The notes beneath the pieces are model-generated. The model ran no database searches, was not told where the DNA came from, and saw nothing but the letters and a program-made list of their open reading frames with translations. Position numbers and translations under genes: made by a program. This document shows, in pieces, positions 16,151 through 25,916 of a stretch of DNA of 28,726 nt. Positions within the stretch are counted from its first letter, which is position 1, and every line of letters starts with the position of its first letter. This DNA is from Candidatus Micrarchaeaceae archaeon (GTDB taxonomy: Archaea; Micrarchaeota; Micrarchaeia; Micrarchaeales; Micrarchaeaceae), in the NCBI GenBank assembly GCA_050013715.1, contig JBEKES010000008.1, positions 1-28,726 on the forward strand, written 5' to 3'.

Positions 16151-17467
16151 ATGGAGAAGCGCCTCAATGTTGTAGAAGAGGATATACTAAGGCAGATGGT
16201 TGGAAAATTCAATGAGATAATTGACATAGATCGAAGAAATGAGCTCATAACAACGCTTGCAAAGAAGGATCACCCAACAATAAAGCAGAGCGAAATAAAT
16301 GAGATAATAGATGACATAAACAATTTCGAACCAATAACTGCGTTTCTTGTGGATGAGGACATAGAAGACATAATGATAAACAATACCGAGGGAATATTCG
16401 CCTTCGGTTCGAAAAAAGGGCGCTTGAAACTAGAAAAAAAGATAGATAACAGAGATGAATTAAAGAGATTCGTAGGTAAACTGAAACTTTATACGACTAA
16501 TTCGGAATACAAAGGAAACATAATGGACATACATTTACCCAATGGCAGTAGAGCAAATGTGGTAACTTCTCCTATTGGCTATGACGTTTCCATAAGAAAC
16601 ATAAAGAGAACGCCATTGAGCATAATAGATTTGATAAACGGAGGATTAATGGACTATAACATGGCGGCAAGGCTTTGGCTCTATGTAGATGGGTTGAACG
16701 TAAGGCCTGCAAATTTGCTGATAGGCGGCATTCCAGCAGCAGGAAAGACAACCCTTCTCAATGCAATGTTCTCATTTTTCAGACCGGACCAAAGGATAGT
16801 AACAATAGAGGAAACTTACGAACTTGACAGTACAATACAGGAAAACTGCGTAAACCTTGAGACCAATGAGGATTTGAGCATGGAAGCGTTGGTCAAAAAC
16901 GCGCTGAGAATGCGTCCGGATACCATAATTATAGGAGAGGTAAGAGGTGCAGAGGCTAATGACATGATAACTGCAATGAACATAGGAAAAATAGCCATGG
17001 GCACAATACACGGATCCTCTTCAAGAGACATAATAAACAGATTACAGCATACGCCAATGAATGTACCCATGGACATAGTACCGGTAATAGATGCCTTGGT
17101 AGTCGTTTCTGCATTTTACAATAAAGGCACCTCCTACAGAAAGATAACGCAAATCTCGGAAATCGCAGGAATAGAAACGCAGGTCCTACTTTCCGATTTG
17201 TATAAATATGACTATAAGACAAAGCGCGGATCGCCAATACTTCCAAGCGTAACCTACAGGGACATGATATCTAATCTGCTTGGAGTTCCAACAACATCAA
17301 TACTTGCTGAAGAGAAGGTTCGTGGAGTGATATTGGAAAAACTCAACAAATTAGGGAAGAGAGGTATAAGGGACATAAGCGAAGCTGTCAAGAATTATTA
17401 CGATAATCCCAATGCGGAACTCAAGAAATTAGGCATCACTGATATGGAATCGCCATTAAGTGTATGA
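16151..17467 (+). CDS. CpaF/TadA/VirB11-family secretion or pilus ATPase
   Basis: DEDIEDIMIN, LPNGSRAN, Walker A GIPAAGKTT, TIEETYEL, ALRMRPD.IIIGEVRG and GTIHG. ATG 16151 preferred over 16073. Confidence 0.92.
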   Translation: MEKRLNVVEEDILRQMVGKFNEIIDIDRRNELITTLAKKDHPTIKQSEINEIIDDINNFEPITAFLVDEDIEDIMINNTEGIFAFGSKKGRLKLEKKIDNRDELKRFVGKLKLYTTNSEYKGNIMDIHLPNGSRANVVTSPIGYDVSIRNIKRTPLSIIDLINGGLMDYNMAARLWLYVDGLNVRPANLLIGGIPAAGKTTLLNAMFSFFRPDQRIVTIEETYELDSTIQENCVNLETNEDLSMEALVKNALRMRPDTIIIGEVRGAEANDMITAMNIGKIAMGTIHGSSSRDIINRLQHTPMNVPMDIVPVIDALVVVSAFYNKGTSYRKITQISEIAGIETQVLLSDLYKYDYKTKRGSPILPSVTYRDMISNLLGVPTTSILAEEKVRGVILEKLNKLGKRGIRDISEAVKNYYDNPNAELKKLGITDMESPLSV

Positions 17468-17520
17468 TTTAATATTGAAGAGTTAGAAACCTATTTATTA
17501 CTTTGTTGAGGTCATTATAC

Positions 17521-18339
17521 ATGCAAACATTGAAGCACGTAGATCCGCTTTCCATTGCAAAGATTGCTGCAATAATAGAGCTCGTCGTTGGAATATTGGC
17601 AGCTGTTGTAATTGTAACGCTCGGCAGCGCATTTCATGGGATCTATGGAACATCGATGATGTTTGGGAGCAGAAGGCTGCTATTGCTGATCATAATTCCG
17701 TTGTTTGCGGTTGTTGTGGGATTTGTTGCCTATGCGTTGGAAGCAGTGATATACAATTTTGTTGCGGAAAAATTCGGAGGCATAAAGCTGCAATTCAAGG
17801 GCAGCGAGCTTAAGACCATCGATGTCATGTCAACAACTAAAATCGCCGCATTTGCAGGAATAATAATAGGAATCATATTCGCCATTATTTTCGGATTGAT
17901 AATTGCAGTTAGCACGGGCGCTGGCGCAGGATTAATTGCGGCAGTTGCAATATTAGTAGTGCTTATAATCAGCTTCATCATAATTGGCCTATTGGCATCG
18001 TTCGTGTACAACGTGCTTGCATCTGCAATAGGAGGAATCAGGATAAACATCAAGCAAAATACAGTGAAAAGCGTTGGCATAATGTCCTATGCGAAAATAG
18101 AGGCACTTGGCTGCCTTATAATAGGAATTGTTGTGGGCATATTCTACACTATTCTATATTATCTCACAATTAACACGAGCGCAACATTACCTGCAATGGT
18201 CTCAAGGCTTGGTCCATTTTCGCTTATTGCCTATCCAATATTCTACTTCGTGCTGGGTTTTGTAAGTTCTCTTCTTGTGGCATGGCTCTACAACTGGCTT
18301 TCCGATAGATTAGGAGGAGTTCAGATACTATTAAAGTAA
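17521..18339 (+). CDS. Membrane protein with three tandem DUF3566-like repeats
   Basis: Three units of K.[VI]..S..KI...G...YN......GG[IV]. Family name is from pattern recall. Confidence 0.7.
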   Translation: MQTLKHVDPLSIAKIAAIIELVVGILAAVVIVTLGSAFHGIYGTSMMFGSRRLLLLIIIPLFAVVVGFVAYALEAVIYNFVAEKFGGIKLQFKGSELKTIDVMSTTKIAAFAGIIIGIIFAIIFGLIIAVSTGAGAGLIAAVAILVVLIISFIIIGLLASFVYNVLASAIGGIRINIKQNTVKSVGIMSYAKIEALGCLIIGIVVGIFYTILYYLTINTSATLPAMVSRLGPFSLIAYPIFYFVLGFVSSLLVAWLYNWLSDRLGGVQILLK

Positions 18340-18377
18340 GGCTTATAAATCTTTTTAGTATATTATTAGTTGATTCC

Positions 18378-19418
18378 ATGGCAGTTTCAAAAATAGCAAT
18401 TGTTGTAGTTCTTGCAGTAATAGTCATTGCAGGAGCCTTCCTGGTTTTCAGGTCATTCGAAAATTCCAGTTACAGCAGCAACTTCAGGCAGCCGATTTCA
18501 GGCAAGGTTTACTACACATTCAGTGTTACAATACCCAGGAACTATTCCCCAGGGGCAATCGTATTGAGAGTGGATGGAAACCCATATTCGCTTTCAGAAA
18601 TGCCAGATACATTCCAGTTTAATGTAGGCACAATTCACAATTATTCCTATGCACCAAATGTCATAAACATCGCATCGCCATTCAGCTATACATTCAGCAA
18701 TGTCACAAGCACCTGCGGATTGACATTGAGATCAGCATCTTTCAATGCACTGACCAACTGCACAGTAACAGGAGCATATGTTAAAACATCAAGAGTAACA
18801 TCAACTTCAACAATTGGTTCCACAAGCTCCCGCAGCACCACAAGCACAACAATACGACCAAGGGAATTCTACTTATCCGTTTCATCCAATACCATAAATG
18901 GCAACACGCTAGAGTGCCAATACCTTGTAAATACAAATGTTAGTGGATATTATTCGCCCGGTTCCAACGTGCCAATAATCGCATACAGCAGAGCAGGAGG
19001 ATGCCAGTTCCTAAACTGGACAGGAAGAGGCATCGGAAGTTATACAGGATTTTCAAACAATACCATAGTTACAGTGAACAGCAACATAACAGAAGTTGCA
19101 TACTATCATTATGTTTTTGGAACAACAACAACTGCTCCAACTACAACAATACCATACAACAGCATAAACACAACATTCAGTGAAAACGGATTGCCAACAA
19201 ATGCGCTATTTAAGGTTAAATATGACAACAACACAAAGCAGACAAACGGCAATGTGCTTACATTCCTTACTGTAAACAGCATATTTCCGTTTACAGTATA
19301 CAATTACACGCAATCCAATACAATAAAATATGTGCCAGTACCTGCAAACGGACTATTGCAGGCAGGATGGTATTTGAGAATATCATTCAAAAGATTGGTG
19401 AGCAACCTAACCTCCTGA
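18378..19418 (+). CDS. Membrane-anchored cell-surface glycoprotein (beta-rich modules with Thr linkers)
   Basis: N-terminal TM, S/T linkers, GYYSPGSNV.I.A...FLNWTG.G.GSYTG module and TFSENGLP module. Confidence 0.75.
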   Translation: MAVSKIAIVVVLAVIVIAGAFLVFRSFENSSYSSNFRQPISGKVYYTFSVTIPRNYSPGAIVLRVDGNPYSLSEMPDTFQFNVGTIHNYSYAPNVINIASPFSYTFSNVTSTCGLTLRSASFNALTNCTVTGAYVKTSRVTSTSTIGSTSSRSTTSTTIRPREFYLSVSSNTINGNTLECQYLVNTNVSGYYSPGSNVPIIAYSRAGGCQFLNWTGRGIGSYTGFSNNTIVTVNSNITEVAYYHYVFGTTTTAPTTTIPYNSINTTFSENGLPTNALFKVKYDNNTKQTNGNVLTFLTVNSIFPFTVYNYTQSNTIKYVPVPANGLLQAGWYLRISFKRLVSNLTS

Positions 19419-19476
19419 TCGGCCCTGTCTAACAACTTATTTATATCTGAACACTATATAAAAATATAGTGGTAGA

Positions 19477-20076
19477 ATGGCAGATAACGCTCTGCGGTGC
19501 AAATCTTCGGAACCTAAAGAGAATAGGGACAGGATGACTTTCGTAGGATTAAAAGATAAGATAAATGGATGGTTAGTGGTCCGCGACGTAGTAAACCCAG
19601 ATCACACAGTGCTTGATAAAGTGACTGCATGGGCAAGGAAGCCTGATCCAGAATCAGAAGAGAGAGAAATAGGAAATAGCGCTGAATTGAAAATTAGTAT
19701 TACACTATATAAGTCGCTCACATACAAAACTTTCTGTGTTACTGTTGAAGAACCTATATCTTCAGACCCGAATGTGACTTTGTGCGCCTACTATGCAATA
19801 GGATATAAAATAATTAGGTTAGATGATAATAAAGAATACTCATCTTTGGATAGGGTCGTAATAAACGACGTATATATGTTAGGAGATAACATTCCTCATC
19901 CGCTTAATGAGGAACAATTAAGGAAAAGCAGAATGGCTCAGTATATTGTAGCTTTTATTAAAGGCATTGATAGAGAGGGAAATAGTAAACTATCAATGGA
20001 ATTTAAGGGAGCTGCCAACGCATTATTGAGGCCGGTAATAGTAGAGCATCTCAGTTCACAGATCACGACAGAATAA
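19477..20076 (+). CDS. Orphan hypothetical protein
   Basis: 199-aa ORF with TTTATA promoter and GTGGT SD. No recognised motif. Confidence 0.65.
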   Translation: MADNALRCKSSEPKENRDRMTFVGLKDKINGWLVVRDVVNPDHTVLDKVTAWARKPDPESEEREIGNSAELKISITLYKSLTYKTFCVTVEEPISSDPNVTLCAYYAIGYKIIRLDDNKEYSSLDRVVINDVYMLGDNIPHPLNEEQLRKSRMAQYIVAFIKGIDREGNSKLSMEFKGAANALLRPVIVEHLSSQITTE

Positions 20077-21192
20077 TCATGGCAGGAAGTCCTTGTTCTT
20101 TATCTTTTCTCTCAAATAATCTTGCACGAAGGTAAGCCTTGGCCCCTGAAGTGCATCTGATTCCAATTTTGTTTTTGTTGTTAGTACTTTCTTCAATTCA
20201 TCTGCCCATTGCTTGTGCTTGTTTATCCAAGGATAGGAGAGCATTTCCTGTGCCCTTTTCAAATCCACCTCAGTTGCTTTTAAAGTAAGACTTTGGAGGA
20301 ATTTATAATTTTCAATATCTGACATTGTAACGCCTATGAATTTTGCCTCTGGAGTTGCTATTGAATTGCCCATGTAGGCAAGATTTATACTTCCTGTCTT
20401 TATCGTCCAGTAAATATACCATCCCCACGCATCTGCATCGTTGAAAACATATACTGGCATGTCCATGTCTGCAAATTTTCTTATTAATCTTCTTGTTCCT
20501 CTGGCTGCCTGGCCCTGAGGCGAAATTAAGATGCAGTTTTCACTTTTCCATAATCCTATTTCATTTAGAATTTCCCATAATGCAAGTTTTTCGACAACCA
20601 AAACATATTTTGCTTTGAGGTCTACAAATTCGATTTCATTGTCCACATCACTGGGTATTGCCCAGCCGCTTCTTCCCATCTTGCTTGCATCAATTTCCTG
20701 TCTTTCCCCCCTAAAAGTATCCATGATTTTTACTCTTCCGGCAAGACTTCCTTTCCTGTTTGCGTTTATGTTGAGGTCCTCTCGCTTAAGATCAAGCGCT
20801 ACCTCTAGGTCCTCGATTAATGGATTTGATTCTGCCTGTTCATTAAAGATGTTTTCATCCACATCTTCCCCAAGTGAATACTTCAATTGGTAGTAAAGAC
20901 CCCTTATTGTTGTGTGAAGATTCTCCTCCTTGAACTTGTGGCACTTTGCTGCGATTGCAACGGTTTGCATGAATCTTTTTGATTGGGCCGTATTGATGAA
21001 GTTTCTTTCCTCCTGGGCTGGTCCCAACGACAAATACCCTTTCTTCTCGTTGTAAACTATATTCGACCTGGTACGCGCTCCTGTTACGAACTTTGGGTTC
21101 TTCCTTTGCTCTATGTCCTTTGCTATGTTGTTCCCAAAATCTTCCAGTCGTGCCTTTGCGTCCTTATCTTTCTTTTTTTCCGGATTTGCCAT
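20077..21192 (-). CDS. top6A: DNA topoisomerase VI subunit A (Spo11-like)
   Basis: TIRGLYY (catalytic Tyr), IEDLE, Toprim [20 protein letters not shown] and KLE..AL. Confidence 0.96.
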   Translation of the reverse strand: MANPEKKKDKDAKARLEDFGNNIAKDIEQRKNPKFVTGARTRSNIVYNEKKGYLSLGPAQEERNFINTAQSKRFMQTVAIAAKCHKFKEENLHTTIRGLYYQLKYSLGEDVDENIFNEQAESNPLIEDLEVALDLKREDLNINANRKGSLAGRVKIMDTFRGERQEIDASKMGRSGWAIPSDVDNEIEFVDLKAKYVLVVEKLALWEILNEIGLWKSENCILISPQGQAARGTRRLIRKFADMDMPVYVFNDADAWGWYIYWTIKTGSINLAYMGNSIATPEAKFIGVTMSDIENYKFLQSLTLKATEVDLKRAQEMLSYPWINKHKQWADELKKVLTTKTKLESDALQGPRLTFVQDYLREKIKNKDFLP

Positions 21193-23119
21193 TATTACCG
21201 CTTTCGTTGTACTTTAATTCTTTTATTATTTCATCCTTGCGCTTGCAGTCCTTTAGCGAGTATTTCAGCACTTCCGCAAGGTTCTTTGTTGGTATTAGTT
21301 TAACGTTCTTCAATTTGTCCTTTGATAATGATACATCGTCAAGATTACTGGCTGGCAGTATTATCTTCTTTATGCCTGCATTTATAGCTGCTTCTACTTT
21401 GCTTGTAACCCCGCCTACAGGAAGCACCTCCCCTCTTACAGAGAGCGAGCCGGTCATTGCAACCGATTGATCTATTGGCACATTTTCCATTGCTGAGATT
21501 ATGCTGACAGCAACTGATATGCTTGCACTATCGCCTTCAACGCCCTCTATCTGGAGGAATTGCACGTGCATGTCATAATTTGCAACGTCCTTGCCCATGT
21601 GCTTCTTTATTATTGCGCTTACGTTCTTCACAGCTTCGTTTGCTATTTTGCCGAGCTTGCCAGTTGGTATGAATTTACCCTCGCTTCTTGAACCGGCTGG
21701 AGTCACTTCAGATACAATAGGTATTACTATACCAGCATTGGTTGCGCTGCTGCCTATAACTGCAAGTCCGTTGACCTTTCCAACTGCAAAGCCTGATGTG
21801 CTAAATACACGATAATCTTTCCTGTATTCCAATTCTTGATTGACTACCTGGGCTTCTATCGATGCAGCGAGGTTCTTTGCACCTATGACCTCTTCCTTTG
21901 TTACAATGCTTTTCTTCTTTTCTATTGCAAGGTCTCCTGCAGCTCTAACAAGACCGCCAAGATCTCTGAGTATAAGAGTAAGCCTTTTCTTTCTGCCTGC
22001 TCTTCTTCTCGCCTCTTCTATTATTTCCTCTATTGCACCAGAATCGAATGGTGGTATTTTTGCGTCTTTCTTTACTTCTTGGGCAACAAACTGAACAAGC
22101 AATTCACGGTTTGTTGCATTGTCTTCCATTGTAGATTCCATGTAAACCTCATAACCGTAACCGCGTATTCTTGATCTTAATGCAGGATGCATTCGCTGAA
22201 GGTCTTGAAGATTTCCTGCAGCCACTAATATGAAATCTGATGGAACCGGCTCGGTTTTGACAAGCGCACCAGAGCTCATTTCGCTTTGGCCAGTTATTGA
22301 GTATTTTTTCTCTTGCAGTGAAGTGAGAAGCTCCTGCTGCGATCTCGGATCAAGATTAGAGACTTCGTCAATGAACAATACGCCTTTGTTTGCCTTGTGA
22401 ATTGCACCGCTTTCAACTCTGAGGTGCGCAGGTGTTCCTAATCCCCCTGATTGCAACGGATCGTGACGCACATCGCCGAATAATGCACCGGCTTTGGATC
22501 CAGTTGCATCTATGAATGGCGCATGATTGAGACCGCTGTTGTCAACTATTAGCTTCGGTTCATTTCCTTCAACCATTCCAGGTATTCCTACTCTTCTTGC
22601 AAGGCCGCTCATGAAAAGCGCGACTGCGCCGAATATCATTATTCCGAGAATAAGTGCACCTATAAGTATTATCTCGTATCCTTTTATGAATCCGAATATG
22701 ACAATCCCGACAAGGAAAATAACTATAAGAAACACTATTGGAACTATTACCGAATTGCCCCTGTTGGCGCCCATTCTGTTTTTCATGCGTTCCTTTTGGA
22801 CTATTAAACGCCCTTGGCCATCTCCAAGCTTTTCCAATGATTTAGCATCAGGATAGGTTTTTACGTCCTTTACTATCGGAACATTCTCATCGTTAATGTT
22901 TTTATATACAAGTATGTCTTCCAGTTCAGTAGGAGGAAGAAGTTCTGCCATTGCCTGTGCTAGCATTGTCTTACCTGTTCCAGGTTCACCAATCAATAGA
23001 ACATTTCTGCGCTGTTTTGCAGCTTTTTTCACTATATCCGCTGCCTTCTTCTGTCCTATTACCTGGTCTATAAGCTTATCAGGTATCTTTACATTTTCAG
23101 TTGATTTTGGAGTGGCCAT
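21164..23119 (-). CDS. lonB: Archaeal membrane-bound Lon protease
   Basis: GEPGTGKT, two-TM insertion, [26 protein letters not shown] (catalytic Ser) and PVGGVTSK. Confidence 0.97.
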   Translation of the reverse strand: MATPKSTENVKIPDKLIDQVIGQKKAADIVKKAAKQRRNVLLIGEPGTGKTMLAQAMAELLPPTELEDILVYKNINDENVPIVKDVKTYPDAKSLEKLGDGQGRLIVQKERMKNRMGANRGNSVIVPIVFLIVIFLVGIVIFGFIKGYEIILIGALILGIMIFGAVALFMSGLARRVGIPGMVEGNEPKLIVDNSGLNHAPFIDATGSKAGALFGDVRHDPLQSGGLGTPAHLRVESGAIHKANKGVLFIDEVSNLDPRSQQELLTSLQEKKYSITGQSEMSSGALVKTEPVPSDFILVAAGNLQDLQRMHPALRSRIRGYGYEVYMESTMEDNATNRELLVQFVAQEVKKDAKIPPFDSGAIEEIIEEARRRAGRKKRLTLILRDLGGLVRAAGDLAIEKKKSIVTKEEVIGAKNLAASIEAQVVNQELEYRKDYRVFSTSGFAVGKVNGLAVIGSSATNAGIVIPIVSEVTPAGSRSEGKFIPTGKLGKIANEAVKNVSAIIKKHMGKDVANYDMHVQFLQIEGVEGDSASISVAVSIISAMENVPIDQSVAMTGSLSVRGEVLPVGGVTSKVEAAINAGIKKIILPASNLDDVSLSKDKLKNVKLIPTKNLAEVLKYSLKDCKRKDEIIKELKYNESGNNGKSGKKER

Positions 23120-23282
23120 GTTTCTCTTCCTTGATAAAAAAATAAGGCATAAATATTAGCCTAAAAAGGATTATAAATATATATCAATATACGAATATTT
23201 ATACGATTCTCTTATTTTCGGTAAAATTCCCAATATAAAAGTATATATATTTGAAATGTTAAATTGCTACTGAAGTGATAAA

Positions 23283-24575
23283 ATGGTAAGTGCAGAGGCA
23301 ACCAACACAACTAAAAGCCATTTTAGTCCAAAATCAATGTTACGCAGGGCTTCTTTGGCCACCTATGGTACAGTTTTGGCGCTAGGAATCATTGGCAATA
23401 CAGCATTAGCACAAAGCAACCAAATGGATATTATCAAACCTTCTGTCGACTGCTCTTTAAGTTCAATGTATTCACAGGATCAAACAGAAGGGATTACACT
23501 GGCTGAAGGGAAAAAGAGGGAGCTGAAGAAATTTACCGGGTTTGTATATGACATAGCCAATATGGCTGACGGTATTCCTTCAAATGCAACCTTAACAGAA
23601 CTTTTCATAAATTTTAAAGAGGGAAAAACTGCGACCGTTGTAATTGGAGATACTTATGATGCAAGAGGAGCATTAAATGCCCAGGATATTGGCATAAGAT
23701 ACGATAATGGTAGTGATCTTTATCGTTTCACAATACTGTCGAATAAAAATATACAAGTAAATAGATTTGACATATCTGCCGGATTTGATGCAGAGAAATA
23801 CATAACATCACACCTCACACTACTGGGAAATATTGCACATTTTGAATATGATGGATCTTCTTGGATAAATTATAGTTTTGGGCCACAAATAAAGTTTAGC
23901 GAAAAGAGTAGCATATTTTTCATATACTCAGATATAAAAAATACAAATAATTACAGATTTGGATACGTATGGCATAGTAAGGATGACAAGCTTGTTTCTA
24001 TTTTCACAGATTATAGACAGGCTAAACTTGGAAGTCTACCCAATACAGACATAAATGGGGATTTCTCATTTAAGCATTCAACTTGGCAGGTTACATACAA
24101 TACACTGGGACTTGTAGAAACTTCCGAGGCAATTGGGATAAACAATAAACTTCCATTTTATCCAAGAGAGGTATTGCCATTGCAGCAAGGTACATTTACC
24201 ACTCGCTACGAAGCACAACAAAATGCCTGGATTGGTGATGCAGATACTGAATGGAATACCACTTTGCCAGCTACAGTATTTCTAAATGCTAATGGAAAAT
24301 TCGGTGGTGTAATAAAGTTTGCCTTTGCGGCAAAAGGCAATGGCATAAAGAATGGATTTGCCGATGGTGCTTTTATGATAACATCATCCAGTACGCAGGA
24401 TGGCATATCCAGTGGTCCGGTTTTCACAGCAGGTTATTACGACAAATACTATCCAAACATACTTGCAACTTATTCAAAGGTAGGATTTGGCTGGAAATGG
24501 AAGTCTACAGCTGCCACGTTTGAAGGTTATCCGAAGGGCGGAGGTGCAGGTATAGCGGTATTTTTCAATTTCTAA
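23283..24575 (+). CDS. Secreted hypothetical protein, beta-strand rich, C-terminal Phe (beta-barrel-like)
   Basis: Signal peptide ending ALA|Q, alternating amphipathic aromatic-rich strands, ends GIAVFFNF. Confidence 0.7.
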   Translation: MVSAEATNTTKSHFSPKSMLRRASLATYGTVLALGIIGNTALAQSNQMDIIKPSVDCSLSSMYSQDQTEGITLAEGKKRELKKFTGFVYDIANMADGIPSNATLTELFINFKEGKTATVVIGDTYDARGALNAQDIGIRYDNGSDLYRFTILSNKNIQVNRFDISAGFDAEKYITSHLTLLGNIAHFEYDGSSWINYSFGPQIKFSEKSSIFFIYSDIKNTNNYRFGYVWHSKDDKLVSIFTDYRQAKLGSLPNTDINGDFSFKHSTWQVTYNTLGLVETSEAIGINNKLPFYPREVLPLQQGTFTTRYEAQQNAWIGDADTEWNTTLPATVFLNANGKFGGVIKFAFAAKGNGIKNGFADGAFMITSSSTQDGISSGPVFTAGYYDKYYPNILATYSKVGFGWKWKSTAATFEGYPKGGGAGIAVFFNF

Positions 24576-24661
24576 TTGCTTATAGAGGAATTGCCTAATA
24601 AAATAGTAGGTTTTAAAAGGATTAAAGTGCATAATTAATATACGTATTATCAGGTGTTTTT

Positions 24662-24859
24662 ATCAAGATAAAGGATATTAGAGCTTTGTCAGAAGAGTCA
24701 CTTAAAGACAATCTTAAGCAGCTTACGCTCGAATTAAGTATAGAGAAAAGAAAGATAGCAAGCACAGGAGTTGCAAGCAAGGTTGTAAAGACTAGGGCGA
24801 TAAGGCGCACTATAGCAAGGATCAATACCATACTTAACGAGAGAGGTGCAAAGGTTTAA
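24662..24859 (+). CDS. rpl29: 50S ribosomal protein L29 (uL29), apparent ATC start (not in ORF track)
   Basis: Translated manually: (I/M)KIKDIRALSEESLKDNLKQLTLELSIEKRKIASTGVASKVVKTRAIRRTIARINTILNERGAKV. Syntenic with aIF1. Confidence 0.9.
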   Translation: MKIKDIRALSEESLKDNLKQLTLELSIEKRKIASTGVASKVVKTRAIRRTIARINTILNERGAKV

Positions 24860-24860
24860 A

Positions 24861-25166
24861 ATGGCAGAAATCTGTCCACGATGTGGATTACCAAAAGAGT
24901 TGTGTGTTTGTAATATACTGGATAGAGAAACCGAGACGAAAATAAAGGTATATACAAAGAAGGCTAAATTTGACAAGTATGTGACTGTTGTTGAAGGCAT
25001 CAATCCAGATGAGATAGAAAGAACAACAAAAAGCTTGAAGCGTATTCTTGCCTGCGGGGGAACCCACAAGGACAATGCAATTGAATTGCAGGGTGAGCAC
25101 AAGCTTGCAACGAAGAAGGCGCTCATAAGCATTGGCTACAAGGATTCGAATATTGATTTGTCTTAA
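24861..25166 (+). CDS. sui1: Translation initiation factor aIF1 (SUI1 family)
   Basis: MAEICPRCGLPKELCVC, K.VTVVEG, LK..LACGGT and IELQGEH. ATG 24861 preferred. Confidence 0.95.
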   Translation: MAEICPRCGLPKELCVCNILDRETETKIKVYTKKAKFDKYVTVVEGINPDEIERTTKSLKRILACGGTHKDNAIELQGEHKLATKKALISIGYKDSNIDLS

Positions 25167-25861
25167 TTAAATAAGTCCATTATTTTTCTGTGAGTTCTAT
25201 CATAGTTTAAAGTGTGGGGCATCAAATAAAAGGAATATTCATCTTCATCGCCATAACTTGGATTTTTAGGTATGAATACGTTACCTGTCTGTGTTTCTAT
25301 TGCTATAACTAATCCCTTACCCAAACGATGCATTTTTTCCCTCTCTGACCATCCTCTTAAAAGATCTTTACCTAAAACATTTACATTATTTTTAGATAAA
25401 AATCCTTCAATAACTGCAACGGTATCTAAAGAATAACTACAACCTGCACTCCCACCATAAAACATCATTGTTTGAGGGTTTATCCACATTGCCTTGTTCA
25501 TTGCATCTATTGCACATCTTCTACAGTCTGCATGTGCCAAGAAACTTACTTTATATTCAGGATTATATGCGATTATTCCAACACATTCACCAATATCATT
25601 AGTCATTATATATTTTGTTTTTGGTATCCATTCAGCACCAAATGCAAATTGGGCTTGTTTTACATTAGTAGTATTTCTAATTTCCAAATTACAAATAGGG
25701 AGAGAATTTGCAGCTCCTTCACATTTTGGTATTGCAAGATTTCTACCTAGACCCATGTAAAAATTCATATGCCAATTATTAATAGGATCATTTGATACTC
25801 TACTTAACATAATCTTAGAAAATTCTTCTCTATCCTTATTTTTGCTTGCAGCTGTTGGCAA
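25163..25861 (-). CDS. CheD/NTAN1/CNF1-fold-like cysteine deamidase candidate
   Basis: TNDIGECVGIIAY......FLAHAD, FYGG and IAIETQTGNV pattern. TTG start with GTGAT SD. Confidence 0.6.
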   Translation of the reverse strand: MPTAASKNKDREEFSKIMLSRVSNDPINNWHMNFYMGLGRNLAIPKCEGAANSLPICNLEIRNTTNVKQAQFAFGAEWIPKTKYIMTNDIGECVGIIAYNPEYKVSFLAHADCRRCAIDAMNKAMWINPQTMMFYGGSAGCSYSLDTVAVIEGFLSKNNVNVLGKDLLRGWSEREKMHRLGKGLVIAIETQTGNVFIPKNPSYGDEDEYSFYLMPHTLNYDRTHRKIMDLFN

Positions 25862-25916
25862 TTTATCACATAGGATTTATAATTATTCAAATATATAAAT
25901 CTTTTAGTGAGAAAAC

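Noticed and set aside
20077..21192. top6A without adjacent top6B as a stand-alone Spo11-like system
   Set aside because: The sequence is a typical Top6A and the B subunit can be encoded elsewhere. This cannot be judged from the window.
24622..25132. Minus-strand ORFs 24622-24831 and 24734-25132
   Set aside because: Antisense to rpl29 and aIF1.
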